From NCBI GenBank assembly GCA_963804645.1, contig CAWDRG010000009.1, positions 96,001-160,000 of the forward strand: DNA of 64,000 bases. Reading direction: 5' to 3'. The position numbers and the translations under genes were made by a program. The DNA comes from an uncultured Bacillota bacterium (GTDB lineage Bacteria > Sysuimicrobiota > Sysuimicrobiia > Sysuimicrobiales > Segetimicrobiaceae). Numbering within the stretch: the stretch's first letter is position 1; each line of letters opens with the position of its first letter. Shown piece by piece: positions 9,796 through 19,609 of this stretch. The notes below the pieces were generated by a model. It did no database searches. It had not been told where the DNA came from and saw only the letters and a program-made list of their open reading frames with translations.

Positions 9796-10989
9796 TCAGA
9801 CGCGTGCGGCGAGCGGGGCCAGCGCCCGAGTGATTCGATTCAGGCCTTCCTCGATGCGCTCCATCGACGTGGCGTACGACAGCCGCAGAAACCCCGGGGC
9901 CTCGAACGCCTCGCCGGGCACGCACGCGACGTGCGCCTCATCCAGCAGATGCTCGGACAGCGCCAGCGCCGTCGCGGGGCCGCCGGGACGGGCGAGCACG
10001 CCCCGGACGTCGGGGAACACGTAGAACGCCCCGCGCGGCATGCCGCAGGCGACCCCAGGGATCTGGTTGAGCCGGCCGACGATGTACTTCCGCCGCGCGT
10101 CGTACTCCCGAACCATCGCCGAGAGATCAACGCGCGCGGTGAGCGCGTACAGGGCCGCCTTTTGGGCGATCGAGTTCGGGTTGCCGGACAGGTGCGCCTG
10201 GATGTCCGTGATCGCCGACGCGACCGCCTTCGGCGCCGCCGCGTACCCAATCCGCCAGCCGGTCATCGCGTACGTCTTCGACATCGAGTTGAGCAGGACG
10301 ATCCGGTCGCGCGCTTCGGGCCACGTCCCCGGGACCGAGATGTGCTGCGCCCCGTCGTAGACCATGCTCTCATAGATCTCGTCGCTCAGGAGGGTGAAGC
10401 TCTCGTGGCGCATCGCCAGCTCGACGAGGCCGGCGAGCGTCTCACGGGTGTAGACGGCGCCCGTGGGATTGTGCGGCGAGTCGACGATGATCGCCCGCGT
10501 ACGACGGCCGATCAACGGAGCGACCTGCGCGGCGGTGGGCTGCCAGTCGTGCGCGGCGTCGGTCGGGACCGGGACGGGCACCGCGCCCGCCAGCCGAACC
10601 TGCTCCATGTACGAGACCCACGCGGGGATGGGGACCAGCACCTCGTCCCCGGGGTCGCACAGCGCGCGCAGCGCAAAGTACAGCGCGGGCTTGCCGCCCG
10701 CGGTCACGACGACCTCCTCCGGCGCGTACGCCGCCCCGTAGTCGTCGCGCAGCCGCGTCGCGATCGCCTGCCGCAGTTCCGGAATGCCCGCCGGCCCCGT
10801 GTACTTCGTGAACCCTTCGCGGATCGCCGTGATCGCGGCGTCCTTCACGGGCTCCGGCGTGTCGAAATCGGGCTCCCCCGCGGCGAAGCTCAGCACGTCG
10901 ACGCCCTTGCGCCGCAACTGGCGCGCGCGATCGTCCATGCCGATCGTCATCGACGGCGTGATCTCACGGGCGGCCTTGGAAAGATGCAT
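9796..10989 (-). CDS. PLP-dependent aminotransferase class I (aspartate aminotransferase family)
   Basis: GEPDFDTP, SPHNPTG, SDEIY, SMSKTYAMTGWRIGY, GAFYVF, LRLSYA. Confidence 0.9.
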   Translation of the reverse strand: MHLSKAAREITPSMTIGMDDRARQLRRKGVDVLSFAAGEPDFDTPEPVKDAAITAIREGFTKYTGPAGIPELRQAIATRLRDDYGAAYAPEEVVVTAGGKPALYFALRALCDPGDEVLVPIPAWVSYMEQVRLAGAVPVPVPTDAAHDWQPTAAQVAPLIGRRTRAIIVDSPHNPTGAVYTRETLAGLVELAMRHESFTLLSDEIYESMVYDGAQHISVPGTWPEARDRIVLLNSMSKTYAMTGWRIGYAAAPKAVASAITDIQAHLSGNPNSIAQKAALYALTARVDLSAMVREYDARRKYIVGRLNQIPGVACGMPRGAFYVFPDVRGVLARPGGPATALALSEHLLDEAHVACVPGEAFEAPGFLRLSYATSMERIEEGLNRITRALAPLAARV

Positions 10990-11078
10990 GCGCACGCTCC
11001 TTTGGTCTTGCGCCTGTGCCGCAACAGTACCACCGCGCGGCCCCCCGTATATTCGCCGCGCGCGGGTCCTCCTCCCCG

Positions 11079-11852
11079 TCAGCGGCGGGCGGTGGACCGG
11101 CTGCGCTGGAGGGTCGGTCCTCCGGCCTCAGGGACCCCGCGGCCCTTGTCGCGCCACAGGATCACGTTGACGAGAATCAACACCGGGACCACGTACATCA
11201 TCTGCCCCATCACCCACATGAGCGCGCCGCCGAGCCGGAGGTCGTCGAGCGGCGACAGCCCCCACAAGCGCGCCACGTGGAGGTACGGCGTGTACCACGG
11301 GTGGCCGGCGAACGCGAGCGCGAACCCGAGGCCGAAATTCACGATGTCCGCCCCGAGCAGCATCGCGAGCCTGAGGCCGAACGACGCGCGCACCAGCGCG
11401 GGCGCCGGGGAGACGATGACCCCCCAAAAAATCAGCCCCGCCACGACGAACGAGACGTGCTCCGCGGCGTGGAGCCACGGCGACCGAAGCGTCGCGTCGT
11501 AGGCGGCCGGCAGATGCCACGCGAGCAGCGTCCCGTTGAACACCAGGAACGCCGGCACCGGCGCCCACACCGCGCGCAGCACGCGGCGCAGGGCCGGCCG
11601 CTGGAACACCCAGCCGAGCAGCGTCGGGGGGATCGAGAGCGCGATCAGCGGCGGCGCCACCAGCAGCAGCAGCATGTGCTGCAGCATGTGGAGCGTGAAC
11701 AGATACACCGCGCCGCGGTCGAGCGGCGACAGCAGGGCGAGCGTCAGGACGGCGTAGCCGCTCCAGAAGTACCACGCCTGCCCGTGCCGCGGTGGAAACC
11801 GCGCGGCGATCCACAGATAAACGAGCGCGCCGAGGACGAGCGCGCCCACCAC
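11079..11852 (-). CDS. ctaG: Cytochrome c oxidase assembly factor, Caa3-type CtaG
   Basis: SPLD, HMLQHMLL..APPL, WHLPAAYD, HAAEH, D..LGG.LMW motifs. True start probably lies upstream of 11852 (see findings). Confidence 0.82.
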   Translation of the reverse strand: MVGALVLGALVYLWIAARFPPRHGQAWYFWSGYAVLTLALLSPLDRGAVYLFTLHMLQHMLLLLVAPPLIALSIPPTLLGWVFQRPALRRVLRAVWAPVPAFLVFNGTLLAWHLPAAYDATLRSPWLHAAEHVSFVVAGLIFWGVIVSPAPALVRASFGLRLAMLLGADIVNFGLGFALAFAGHPWYTPYLHVARLWGLSPLDDLRLGGALMWVMGQMMYVVPVLILVNVILWRDKGRGVPEAGGPTLQRSRSTARR

Positions 11853-11906
11853 CAGCGGATCGGCGTTCCAGTCGGTCCAGCGGAGTGTGACGATGCGGCA
11901 CCGGGC

Positions 11907-12923
11907 CTAGCGGCCGGCCCAACCCCTCCCGCGAACCACCGCGCAGGTCAGCTTGAGCAGGGCCATCCGGATGTACATCCCGGCCTCGGTTTGTTCGAAG
12001 ATAATCACGCGGGGGTCGTTGTCCACCGACGTCGGAAGTTCCGAGTGGATCCCCTCGACGCGGGGCAGCGGATGCATCACGATGGCGTTCGCCGGCAGCT
12101 CGGACAGGATCTCGGGCGTCACCACAAAGGCGTTGCGAATTCGCTCGTACGTGGCGACGTCGTCACCGAAGCGCTCCTTCTGGATCCGCGTCACGTAGAG
12201 CACGTCGGCGCCGCGCACGCCCTCGCGGAGGTCGTCGGTCTGCGTGACGGGGATCTTGTGGCGGCGCAGGTAGTGCAGCAGGTCTTCCTTCATCTGCACG
12301 GCGCGAGGCGCCACCATGCGGATCGACGTCCCCGGATACTTCGCGAGCAGATAGCACAGCGACCGCGCAGTCCGGCCGAAGAGCAGGTCGCCCGCCACCG
12401 CGATCGTCACGCCCTCGAGCGAGCCGCGGTGCCGCCAGATGGTGTACGCGTCCAGCAGCGCCTGGGTCGGATGCTGCCCCGGCCCGTCACCCGCGTTGAA
12501 GACGGGCACGGGCCGGCCGCTGCGCGGATCGAGCGCGACCGCGGCGGCGCGCTCCGCGGCGCCTTCCTGATAGTGGCGGATCACGATCGCCGCCGGGCGG
12601 TACCGACAGACGACCCGGATCGTGTCCTCGATCGACTCGCCCTTCGCCGCCGACGAGAATTCTCGGGCCGCTTCAGACGACAGCACGCGCCCGCCGAGGT
12701 GGTACGTCGCGAACTCAAACGACAGACGGGTTCGGGTACTGGGCTCGTAGAACAGCGTGAGCACGATCTTGCCCTTGAGGAGGTTGCTGCCGCCCCCGTC
12801 GATGATCTCTTCCGCGAGGTGGGCTTCCCGGAACACACAGTCCAATGCTGGGGGATCAAACTGCTGGGCGCGCAACACGTGCGGCCAGCCGGCCCAGAGT
12901 TGAAGAGCGGTGGGGGCGGCCAT
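11907..12923 (-). CDS. pyrB: Aspartate carbamoyltransferase catalytic subunit
   Basis: FYEPSTRTRLSFE, KGES.EDT, NAGDG..HPTQALLD, TRIQKERF, MHPLPR. Confidence 0.93.
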   Translation of the reverse strand: MAAPTALQLWAGWPHVLRAQQFDPPALDCVFREAHLAEEIIDGGGSNLLKGKIVLTLFYEPSTRTRLSFEFATYHLGGRVLSSEAAREFSSAAKGESIEDTIRVVCRYRPAAIVIRHYQEGAAERAAAVALDPRSGRPVPVFNAGDGPGQHPTQALLDAYTIWRHRGSLEGVTIAVAGDLLFGRTARSLCYLLAKYPGTSIRMVAPRAVQMKEDLLHYLRRHKIPVTQTDDLREGVRGADVLYVTRIQKERFGDDVATYERIRNAFVVTPEILSELPANAIVMHPLPRVEGIHSELPTSVDNDPRVIIFEQTEAGMYIRMALLKLTCAVVRGRGWAGR

Positions 12924-13034
12924 ACAGGGAAGAGGGTTCGCGCCGGGACGGAATGCCCCCTCCCGGCGCGACCAAGGGGTCCCTGCGCCGGGGGAGAATT
13001 CTTAGGCCCAATCGGACGTCTCGAGGAGGGGACC

Positions 13035-13427
13035 ATGGTCCCGTCGGCGGGGACCTCAGCCTATCAAGATCTGCTCGTCCAGCACCTGGCGGCCTGGAGC
13101 CGACACGACACCGAAGCGATCTTGGAGACGATGACGCAGGACTGCGTCTTCGAGACGTCCGGCGGCCCCGATCCGTGGGGACGCCGCTATGAGGGACAGG
13201 CTGCGGTCCGTGAAGCGATCGAGGAGATCTTCAACATGCTGCCCGACGTACGGTACATGCACGCGCGGCACAGCGCGTTCGGAGAGCGCGGCGTGTCGGA
13301 GTGGACCATGGTCGCGACGCGTCCCGACGGCAGCCGCATCGAAGCCCGCGGGTGCGACCTGTTCGAGTTTCGAGATGGCAAGATCGCCCGGAAGGATTCC
13401 TACCGCAAGCGAAGACTCACGCGTTAA
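13035..13427 (+). CDS. SnoaL-like / NTF2 family protein
   Basis: C-terminal part of ORF 11016..13427 (AWSRHD...SEWT...RGCDLFEFRDGKIARKDSY); GAGGAGG RBS before ATG 13035. Confidence 0.82.
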   Translation: MVPSAGTSAYQDLLVQHLAAWSRHDTEAILETMTQDCVFETSGGPDPWGRRYEGQAAVREAIEEIFNMLPDVRYMHARHSAFGERGVSEWTMVATRPDGSRIEARGCDLFEFRDGKIARKDSYRKRRLTR

Positions 13428-13507
13428 CCCGCCCCGCACGGACGATGACGGACGACCCACGACGCATGCGCCGGCCATGAAGCCGCGCGGGGAGGTGGTC
13501 TCCGCTC

Positions 13508-14155
13508 ATGCCTAAGCTGAGAGTCCATGCATTTGGGGTTTCGGTTGATGGGTACGGTGCTGGGCCGAGCCAAAGCCTTGAGAATCCGCTCGGCGTTGGC
13601 GGCCTGGCGTTGCACGATTGGATGTTTCCGACTCGGACCTTTCAGCGCATGCATGGAACGGACGGCGGCACAACGGGACTTGACGATGATTTCGCCGCTC
13701 GAGGTTTCGAAAATATCGGGGCATGGATCATCGGTCGCAACATGTTTGGGCCGGTCCGAGGGTCCTGGTCCGACGAAAGCTGGAACGGGTGGTGGGGTGA
13801 AAATCCACCGTATCACACTCCAGTGTTCGTATTGACCCACTATTCGCGAGCCCCGATTTCGATGGCGGGCGAGACTACGTTCCATTTTGTTACCGAGGGC
13901 ATTCATGCCGCCGTGGAGCGCGCTACCGCTGCAGCAAACGGAAGAGATATTCGCGTTGGGGGAGGCGTCGCCACGGTCCAACAGTGTGTGCGGGCTGGGC
14001 TGATTGATTACCTCCATCTCGCTATTTCACCGATCCTGCTTGGGTCGGGCGAGCTGTTGTTCGCAAATATCGACATGCTCAAGCTTGGGTACCAATGCAC
14101 CGAGCACGTGTCCACGCCAAAAGCGACCCACGTGGTTCTAATCAAGCGTGCCTAA
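13508..14155 (+). CDS. Dihydrofolate reductase family (RibD C-terminal-like) protein
   Basis: SVDGYGAGP, IGRNMF, PVFVLTH, GGGVATVQQ, LIDYLHLAISPILLGSG. Confidence 0.85.
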   Translation: MPKLRVHAFGVSVDGYGAGPSQSLENPLGVGGLALHDWMFPTRTFQRMHGTDGGTTGLDDDFAARGFENIGAWIIGRNMFGPVRGSWSDESWNGWWGENPPYHTPVFVLTHYSRAPISMAGETTFHFVTEGIHAAVERATAAANGRDIRVGGGVATVQQCVRAGLIDYLHLAISPILLGSGELLFANIDMLKLGYQCTEHVSTPKATHVVLIKRA

Positions 14156-14291
14156 GGGAGCCGAACCGCGTATTCAGCTCCATCATGCTTAAGGCTCATC
14201 CGTCTCGGTGAACCCGGCGTCGGGCCTCGCTCCGGTACCACGCTTGCGAGGCAGTGACTACGCCGTGCTAATACAGCAGAGTCTGTTCACC

Positions 14292-14513
14292 CTAGACCAT
14301 CTTCGCGACCTCAACCGCGCGCAAACGTAGAACTTGCGGCGTCGGTACGGGCGCGGGCGCCGCAACGGGCTGCGGCACCAGTGTTGCATCGCGCAACTCC
14401 CGCGCACGCGTCTGCGCCCGATTCAGCGAGCGCAGGTTTTCATGCACGCCCTCGTGCTGCGCCCGGGCGAGCACTGCCTTCGTGAGCTCATAAGAGATCT
14501 TGCCGCTCAACAC
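14292..14513 (-). CDS. Small hypothetical protein
   Basis: 73-aa ORF in otherwise empty space with plausible composition; no recognised motif. Confidence 0.4.
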   Translation of the reverse strand: MLSGKISYELTKAVLARAQHEGVHENLRSLNRAQTRARELRDATLVPQPVAAPAPVPTPQVLRLRAVEVAKMV

Positions 14514-14737
14514 TCCCGCATCATCGCACGCCCCGTAACGACACGGTCACGCACGCGGCACGCCATCGCCGACACGGCGACGCTCTCCGGCGCGCGTGAA
14601 ACCGTAACAATCCCGTCACTCCTCGCGCAATTCGGAATGCTCACGCGCTATCCTCGGTTGTCTCTGGGTAGAACAGCAAGTGACAAACAGGCGCTGAGCG
14701 TCTGTGATCCACCGATGAAAGGAGGTGACCCCCCCCC

Positions 14738-14917
14738 GTGCGCAAGCTGCTCGCGATCGTGCTGATGGGCGGTGTCCTCATCGTGTGTGCGTCCGCGGCG
14801 TTCGCCAACGGCACCACAGGCGCCACGCAGTCGATCTCGGGACAGAACAGCGATCGGAATGGAACCTGGATCGACCCGCAGGGCATACCGCTGGCGCCCG
14901 CTACACCGCACCAGTAG
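14738..14917 (+). CDS. Small secreted protein, 59 aa (paralogue 1)
   Basis: Not in ORF track. AAAGGAGGTGA RBS, GTG start: MRKLLAIVLMGGVLIVCASAAFA-NGTTGATQSISGQNSDRNGTWIDPQGIPLAPATPHQ; Sec signal ending AFA. Confidence 0.75.
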   Translation: MRKLLAIVLMGGVLIVCASAAFANGTTGATQSISGQNSDRNGTWIDPQGIPLAPATPHQ

Positions 14918-14961
14918 CAGAGACCTCGCAGTGCCGAACAACACAAAAGGAGATGATGATC

Positions 14962-15144
14962 ATGCGTAAGCTTCTCGCAGTTGTACTGATGGGTGGGGCC
15001 CTGATCGTGAGCGCGTCGGCGGCGTTTGCCGACAACAGCATGAGCACCGACCAGTCGGCCGTCGGCCAGGGCGTGGATCAGAACGGCTACTACTGGGTGG
15101 ACCAGCAGGCCACGCCGCAGGCGCCCAACGTTCAAGCGCAGTAG
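14962..15144 (+). CDS. Small secreted protein, 60 aa (paralogue 2)
   Basis: AAAGGAG RBS; MRKLLAVVLMGGALIVSASAAFA-DNSMSTDQSAVGQGVDQNGYYWVDQQATPQAPNVQAQ; signal nearly identical to paralogue 1. Confidence 0.78.
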   Translation: MRKLLAVVLMGGALIVSASAAFADNSMSTDQSAVGQGVDQNGYYWVDQQATPQAPNVQAQ

Positions 15145-15158
15145 TCGACCTCTGAGAC

Positions 15159-15189
15159 CGGCCGCCCGGACCCAGGGTCCGGGCGGCCG
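15159..15189. terminator. GC-rich hairpin between convergent genes
   Basis: Perfect 14-bp stem CGGCCGCCCGGACC-cag-GGTCCGGGCGGCCG between the small-protein pair and ilvD; no U-tract. Confidence 0.55.
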
Positions 15190-15264
15190 CGTCCCCGGGG
15201 GAGAAACGGTCCGGCCGCGACAGGATCGTCGCGGCCGGGAGCACTCCGATCGGCTCGGCGGCCG

Positions 15265-16947
15265 CTATCCGCAGATGGCGCCTTGCGCCGACGACGACAC
15301 CAGCTTGGCGTACTTGGCCAGCGCACCGGTGCGGTAGCGAGGCTCGGGCGCCTTCCACTGACGCAGACGGGCTTTGACCTCTTCCGCCGGGACCTCCAGG
15401 TCGAGGCGGCGGCTCGGCAGATCAATGTGGATTGTGTCTCCGTCGCGCACCACGGCGATCGGTCCGCCGTGCGCCGCTTCCGGCGCGACGTGTCCGATCA
15501 CCAACCCGTGAGACCCTCCCGAGAACCGCCCGTCGGTGATCAACGCCACGTCTTCGCCGAGCCCGGCGCCGTAGAGCGCGCCGGTGACCGCGAGCATCTC
15601 CCGCATGCCGGGACCGCCCTTCGGTCCCTCGTTGCGAATGATGACCACGTCGCCCGGCGAGAGACGCTTGTTGACGACCGCGTCGAACGCGTCCTCTTCC
15701 CGCTCGAACACGCGCGCCGGCCCGCGGAGGCTCTGCCGCCGAAGCCCCGCGGTCTTGATGACCGCGCCGTCCGGCGCGAGCGTGCCGGACAGCACCGCCA
15801 GCGTCCCGCTCGGCGTAATCGGCTGATCAATCGGACGCACGATCGACTGGCCCTCGGGGCGCCGGACGTCCTTGAGATTCTCGGCCATTGTCTTTCCCGT
15901 CACCGTCATCACGCCGCCGTGGAGGTAGCCGCCGTCGAGCAGTTCGCGGAGCACCACCGGCACGCCGCCGATCCGATCGAGATCCACCATCAGGTAGCGC
16001 CCGCCCGGGTGCATGTCGGCGATATACGGCGTGCGCCGGCTGATGCGGTCGAAGTCGGCGAGCACCAGATCCACGCCGGCTTCGCGGGCAATCGCCAGGA
16101 GGTGCAGCACGCCGTTCGTCGACCCGCCCATCGCCACGAGCGCGGTGATCGCATTTTCGAACGCCTCGCGCGTGAGAATATCCCTCGGGCGGAGGCCGTC
16201 GCGCAGCAGCCGCATCGCCGCCTCGCCCGTGCGCCGGCAGACGTCCGGACGCTTCGGGTCCACCGACGGCACGGAGGAACTGCCCGGCAGCGCCATGCCC
16301 AGCGCCTCCACGCACGAAGCCATCGTGTTGGCGGTGTACAGACCGCCGCACGAGCCGGCGCCCGGACACGCCACGCATTCCAGGCGGTACAGCTGCTCGT
16401 CGGTCATCTTGCCGTTCGCGTGGGCCCCCACGGCTTCGAACACGTCCACGATCGTCACGTCGCGCCCCTCAAACTGCCCGGGGAGAATCGTCCCGCCGTA
16501 GAGGAAGATGCCCGGCACGTTCAGGCGCGCGAGCGCGAGCAGCATGCCGGGGAGGCTCTTGTCACAGCCGGCAATGGCCACGAGGCCGTCGAAGGCTTCC
16601 GCGATCACCATCAACTCGACTGAGTCGGCGATGACCTCGCGGCTGATCAGCGACGCCTTCATCCCTTCGTGCCCCATCGAGATCGCGTCGCTCACCGCGA
16701 TCGTGGTGAACTCGATCGGGGTACCGCCAGCGGCCCGCACGCCCTCCTTCACCAGACGCGCGTGCACGTCGAGGTTCAAATTGCACGGGGTGACCTCGTT
16801 CCAGGACGACGCGACGCCGACCAGCGGCTTCTTGAGATCGTCGTCGTGAAGACCGGTCGCCCGGAGCATCGCGCGATGCGGCGCGCGCTCGGGCCCATCC
16901 GTGACCGCGCGGGAGCGCGTCTTGCCGTCCACGCTGGTCTTTGCCAT
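15265..16947 (-). CDS. ilvD: Dihydroxy-acid dehydratase
   Basis: [55 protein letters not shown]; start MAKTS after GAGGAGG. Confidence 0.95.
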   Translation of the reverse strand: MAKTSVDGKTRSRAVTDGPERAPHRAMLRATGLHDDDLKKPLVGVASSWNEVTPCNLNLDVHARLVKEGVRAAGGTPIEFTTIAVSDAISMGHEGMKASLISREVIADSVELMVIAEAFDGLVAIAGCDKSLPGMLLALARLNVPGIFLYGGTILPGQFEGRDVTIVDVFEAVGAHANGKMTDEQLYRLECVACPGAGSCGGLYTANTMASCVEALGMALPGSSSVPSVDPKRPDVCRRTGEAAMRLLRDGLRPRDILTREAFENAITALVAMGGSTNGVLHLLAIAREAGVDLVLADFDRISRRTPYIADMHPGGRYLMVDLDRIGGVPVVLRELLDGGYLHGGVMTVTGKTMAENLKDVRRPEGQSIVRPIDQPITPSGTLAVLSGTLAPDGAVIKTAGLRRQSLRGPARVFEREEDAFDAVVNKRLSPGDVVIIRNEGPKGGPGMREMLAVTGALYGAGLGEDVALITDGRFSGGSHGLVIGHVAPEAAHGGPIAVVRDGDTIHIDLPSRRLDLEVPAEEVKARLRQWKAPEPRYRTGALAKYAKLVSSSAQGAICG

Positions 16948-17050
16948 CCGAACCGCCTCCTCAGATCGATTTCCGCCCACGCATGCGCCGGGGCGCAAGC
17001 CATGGGCTCCTTGTGCTTCTCCGAGATGCGCCGCGTGCCCTGCCCGGTGC

Positions 17051-18121
17051 CTACCGCGACGTGTGCGCGGACCGGTGGGACGCCGCGCCGTTCTCGCCGG
17101 GGAACGTAAACAGGCGCGCGAGCCGGGCGCGCACGGCGCGCCCGGTCGCGAGGTCCCAGCTGTTGACGATCGCGATCCGGAAGCCGCCGGGCGGCATCGC
17201 GTGCTGTTCGAGCGGCTTGCAAACGTCGAACGTGATCTGGATGCTGGAGACCCCCGGAACCGCCCGCAGCGCCTGCACCGCGTCCGGGTCGATCCGGTAG
17301 CGCCGGCCGTGCGATCCGAAGAGGACAACGCTGTAGCCGGCGCGCGGCCGGTCGTTGAATCGCCAGCGTCCCCGCGCGTACAGGTCCACCACGCTCTCGA
17401 GCCACCCCGGGCCGTTGAGATCGACCCACTGTTCCGCCATCCGAAGATGGCACTCGATGATCACGCCGCCGATCGACTCGAAATTCACGATCCCGGTGTA
17501 TCCGTGCAGGTGCTCGCGAAGCCACCGGCCCCAGCGCGCCTCGAGCCGCGGCAGCCGGTGCGCGAGCACCTCCCAGTAGTCGAACATCCCCGCGGGCAGC
17601 CGGTGCCCCACCGTGTGACGCCACCAGCACGGCACGCCGCCGACGAGCGCCACGTCGGTACTCAGATGTCGGCCGGTCAAGAGCCTCATCCAAAGATGCC
17701 CCGGCTCGAACCGCGCCTCGAGTTCCCGGGCCGACCGGATCACGTACCCGCCGGCGCCCATGCCGTGCAGGTTGACGATCGGCTTGCTGAACACCGGGAA
17801 CCGCTTCGGCGCCACCCCGTGCGGGGCGTGCGTCACGCTCTGGCTCCAGCAGATGAAGAGCTTGTCGTACGCGCGGCGGTGCTGGGGATGGAGCCGCCAC
17901 CCCCAGGGGTCGTCGATCGGAATGCGGATCGAGCGCGGCACCCGAACACCCGCGAAGTACTGCCACCGCCAGATGTCGACGCCGGGAAAGGCGGTGCGAC
18001 CGGCGGGAGGAGGTTCGGCCTGGAGGTTATGCAGGCGGAGCCGCGCCGCGCGCGAGACGGCGGCCCCGCGACGGGGCGCCCCAGCGCGGGGCGGTAATGA
18101 CCCGAGCGGGTCCGCGGTCAC
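17051..18121 (-). CDS. Hypothetical protein with divergent ATP-grasp-like motifs
   Basis: DK...[15 protein letters not shown]...LTGRHLSTD...GIVNFE...IIECHLR in ATP-grasp order; start uncertain. Confidence 0.6.
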   Translation of the reverse strand: MTADPLGSLPPRAGAPRRGAAVSRAARLRLHNLQAEPPPAGRTAFPGVDIWRWQYFAGVRVPRSIRIPIDDPWGWRLHPQHRRAYDKLFICWSQSVTHAPHGVAPKRFPVFSKPIVNLHGMGAGGYVIRSARELEARFEPGHLWMRLLTGRHLSTDVALVGGVPCWWRHTVGHRLPAGMFDYWEVLAHRLPRLEARWGRWLREHLHGYTGIVNFESIGGVIIECHLRMAEQWVDLNGPGWLESVVDLYARGRWRFNDRPRAGYSVVLFGSHGRRYRIDPDAVQALRAVPGVSSIQITFDVCKPLEQHAMPPGGFRIAIVNSWDLATGRAVRARLARLFTFPGENGAASHRSAHTSR

Positions 18122-18216
18122 GCGCGCGGAACCGCCGCGGACCCGGCCGCGACGACGGGAACCCGGCCGCGAGCGCAGGCATCTCGTCCCGTCATCTGGC
18201 GTCTCCTCTGCGGCCG

Positions 18217-18492
18217 CTAGTCCAACGCGGCATAGCCGGGAATCGTGAGAAACTCCACGAACGTCTCTCCGAGCAGCACGTCCTCGAACAGCGCCCGCGC
18301 CTGATCGAGCGTGTCCGCGGCGCGGCCGCCGCGCTCACGCCGCAGCCGCACGATCTCTTCCTCGCACACGCGGCGCGCCAGATCGAGCGTCACGCGTCCG
18401 CAGCCCGCGAGCGGCGTCCCGTGACGGATCCACTGCCACACCTGGCTTCTCGAGATCTCCGCCGTCGCGGCGTCTTCCATCAGGTTGTGCGC
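18217..18492 (-). pseudogene. aceB: Malate synthase A C-terminal fragment
   Basis: AHNLMEDAATAEISRSQVWQWIRHG...FVEFLTIPGY matches the malate synthase A C-terminus; only about 90 aa present, abutting the upstream gene's stop. Confidence 0.85.
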
Positions 18493-19401
18493 CTAGGTGG
18501 CGTAGGCGTCGTAAACCGCGCGCCCCACGTGCCCGATGGCCGCCGCGCCCTCGAGGTCGCTTCCGAGATCCCGCGTAAAGACGGTCACGATGCACACGCT
18601 GCCGGGCGCGTAGAGCACCCCGGCGTCGTTGCTGACGCGCGACACCGACCCGGTCTTGTGCGCGATCTCCACGCCCGGCGGCAGCAGCAGCGGCAGGCGG
18701 TTGCGCACCTGCTGGCGCCGCATGATGTCGAGCATCCCGCGGCACACTGTGGGCGACAGCGGTCCGGCCGCGGCCGCGCCGCCGTCGAGGGTGGGACGGA
18801 CGATCGCTTCGAGCAGCGCCCCCATCTCGCGCGGCGTCGTCATGTTCGCGGCGGGGTCGTGGTACATGCGGGCGTTGAGGTCGATCTCGCGGCGCCGCAG
18901 CCGGCCGAGCGCCGTCTGCCGCGTCTCCGGCGTGTCCGGCGCGTCCCCGAGGCCCACGACATCGTACAGCAGCTCGCGGCAGCTCATCGACACCGTCGTA
19001 CGGGTCAGCCCGCACTGCCGCAGCCGCGCGTTGACCGCGTCCTTCGTGACGAGCCCGAGCAGCATGTCGGTGGCTGTGTTGTCGCTGACGATGATCATCA
19101 GCGTCGCGAAGTCCTTCAGCGTGAGCGACGTCCCGGCGGAGAGCTCCTTGAGCACCCCGGAGCCGGGCGACTTCATCGCGTCCGTCAGGACCACGCGGTC
19201 GTCGAGCGACCGCTGCTTCGCCTCGACCTGGCACAGCAGTTCGGCCAGGATCGGGATTTTGAACACGCTCGCCATCTGATACGGATCGTCCGCGTTGACG
19301 GCGATCGTGTCCCCGCTCTTGAGCGCGTGGACGTATACGCCCATCGTGCCGTCGAGTTCGTCGGCGATGTGGGTGATGCGGGTCTCGAGCTGGCTGGCCA
19401 T
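18493..19401 (-). CDS. Serine hydrolase, class A beta-lactamase fold, no signal peptide
   Basis: MASVFK (SxxK), SDN, HKTG motifs; GGAGG RBS before MASQLE. Confidence 0.85.
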   Translation of the reverse strand: MASQLETRITHIADELDGTMGVYVHALKSGDTIAVNADDPYQMASVFKIPILAELLCQVEAKQRSLDDRVVLTDAMKSPGSGVLKELSAGTSLTLKDFATLMIIVSDNTATDMLLGLVTKDAVNARLRQCGLTRTTVSMSCRELLYDVVGLGDAPDTPETRQTALGRLRRREIDLNARMYHDPAANMTTPREMGALLEAIVRPTLDGGAAAAGPLSPTVCRGMLDIMRRQQVRNRLPLLLPPGVEIAHKTGSVSRVSNDAGVLYAPGSVCIVTVFTRDLGSDLEGAAAIGHVGRAVYDAYAT

Positions 19402-19609
19402 GTTGCCTCCCGCCGGATGTGGCCTCTCGGGCGCCCCCGGACGCCCCCGCTCCTGCTTCTCGGGGGGAGCCGGCGGCACCTATCCGGGAAGGTCCGCCGG
19501 GCCAGGGGGATGCCCGCGGCCGGTCGAACCTCACGCGTACGACGCACGCGGCCCTCGACGACCGGGGGACCCGCGGCGCGGTGCGACGAGCGGAGGAGCG
19601 GTGACGCCC

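Noticed and set aside
18493..19401. Antibiotic-resistance beta-lactamase
   Set aside because: No signal peptide and no mobile context; the fold alone does not show resistance activity.
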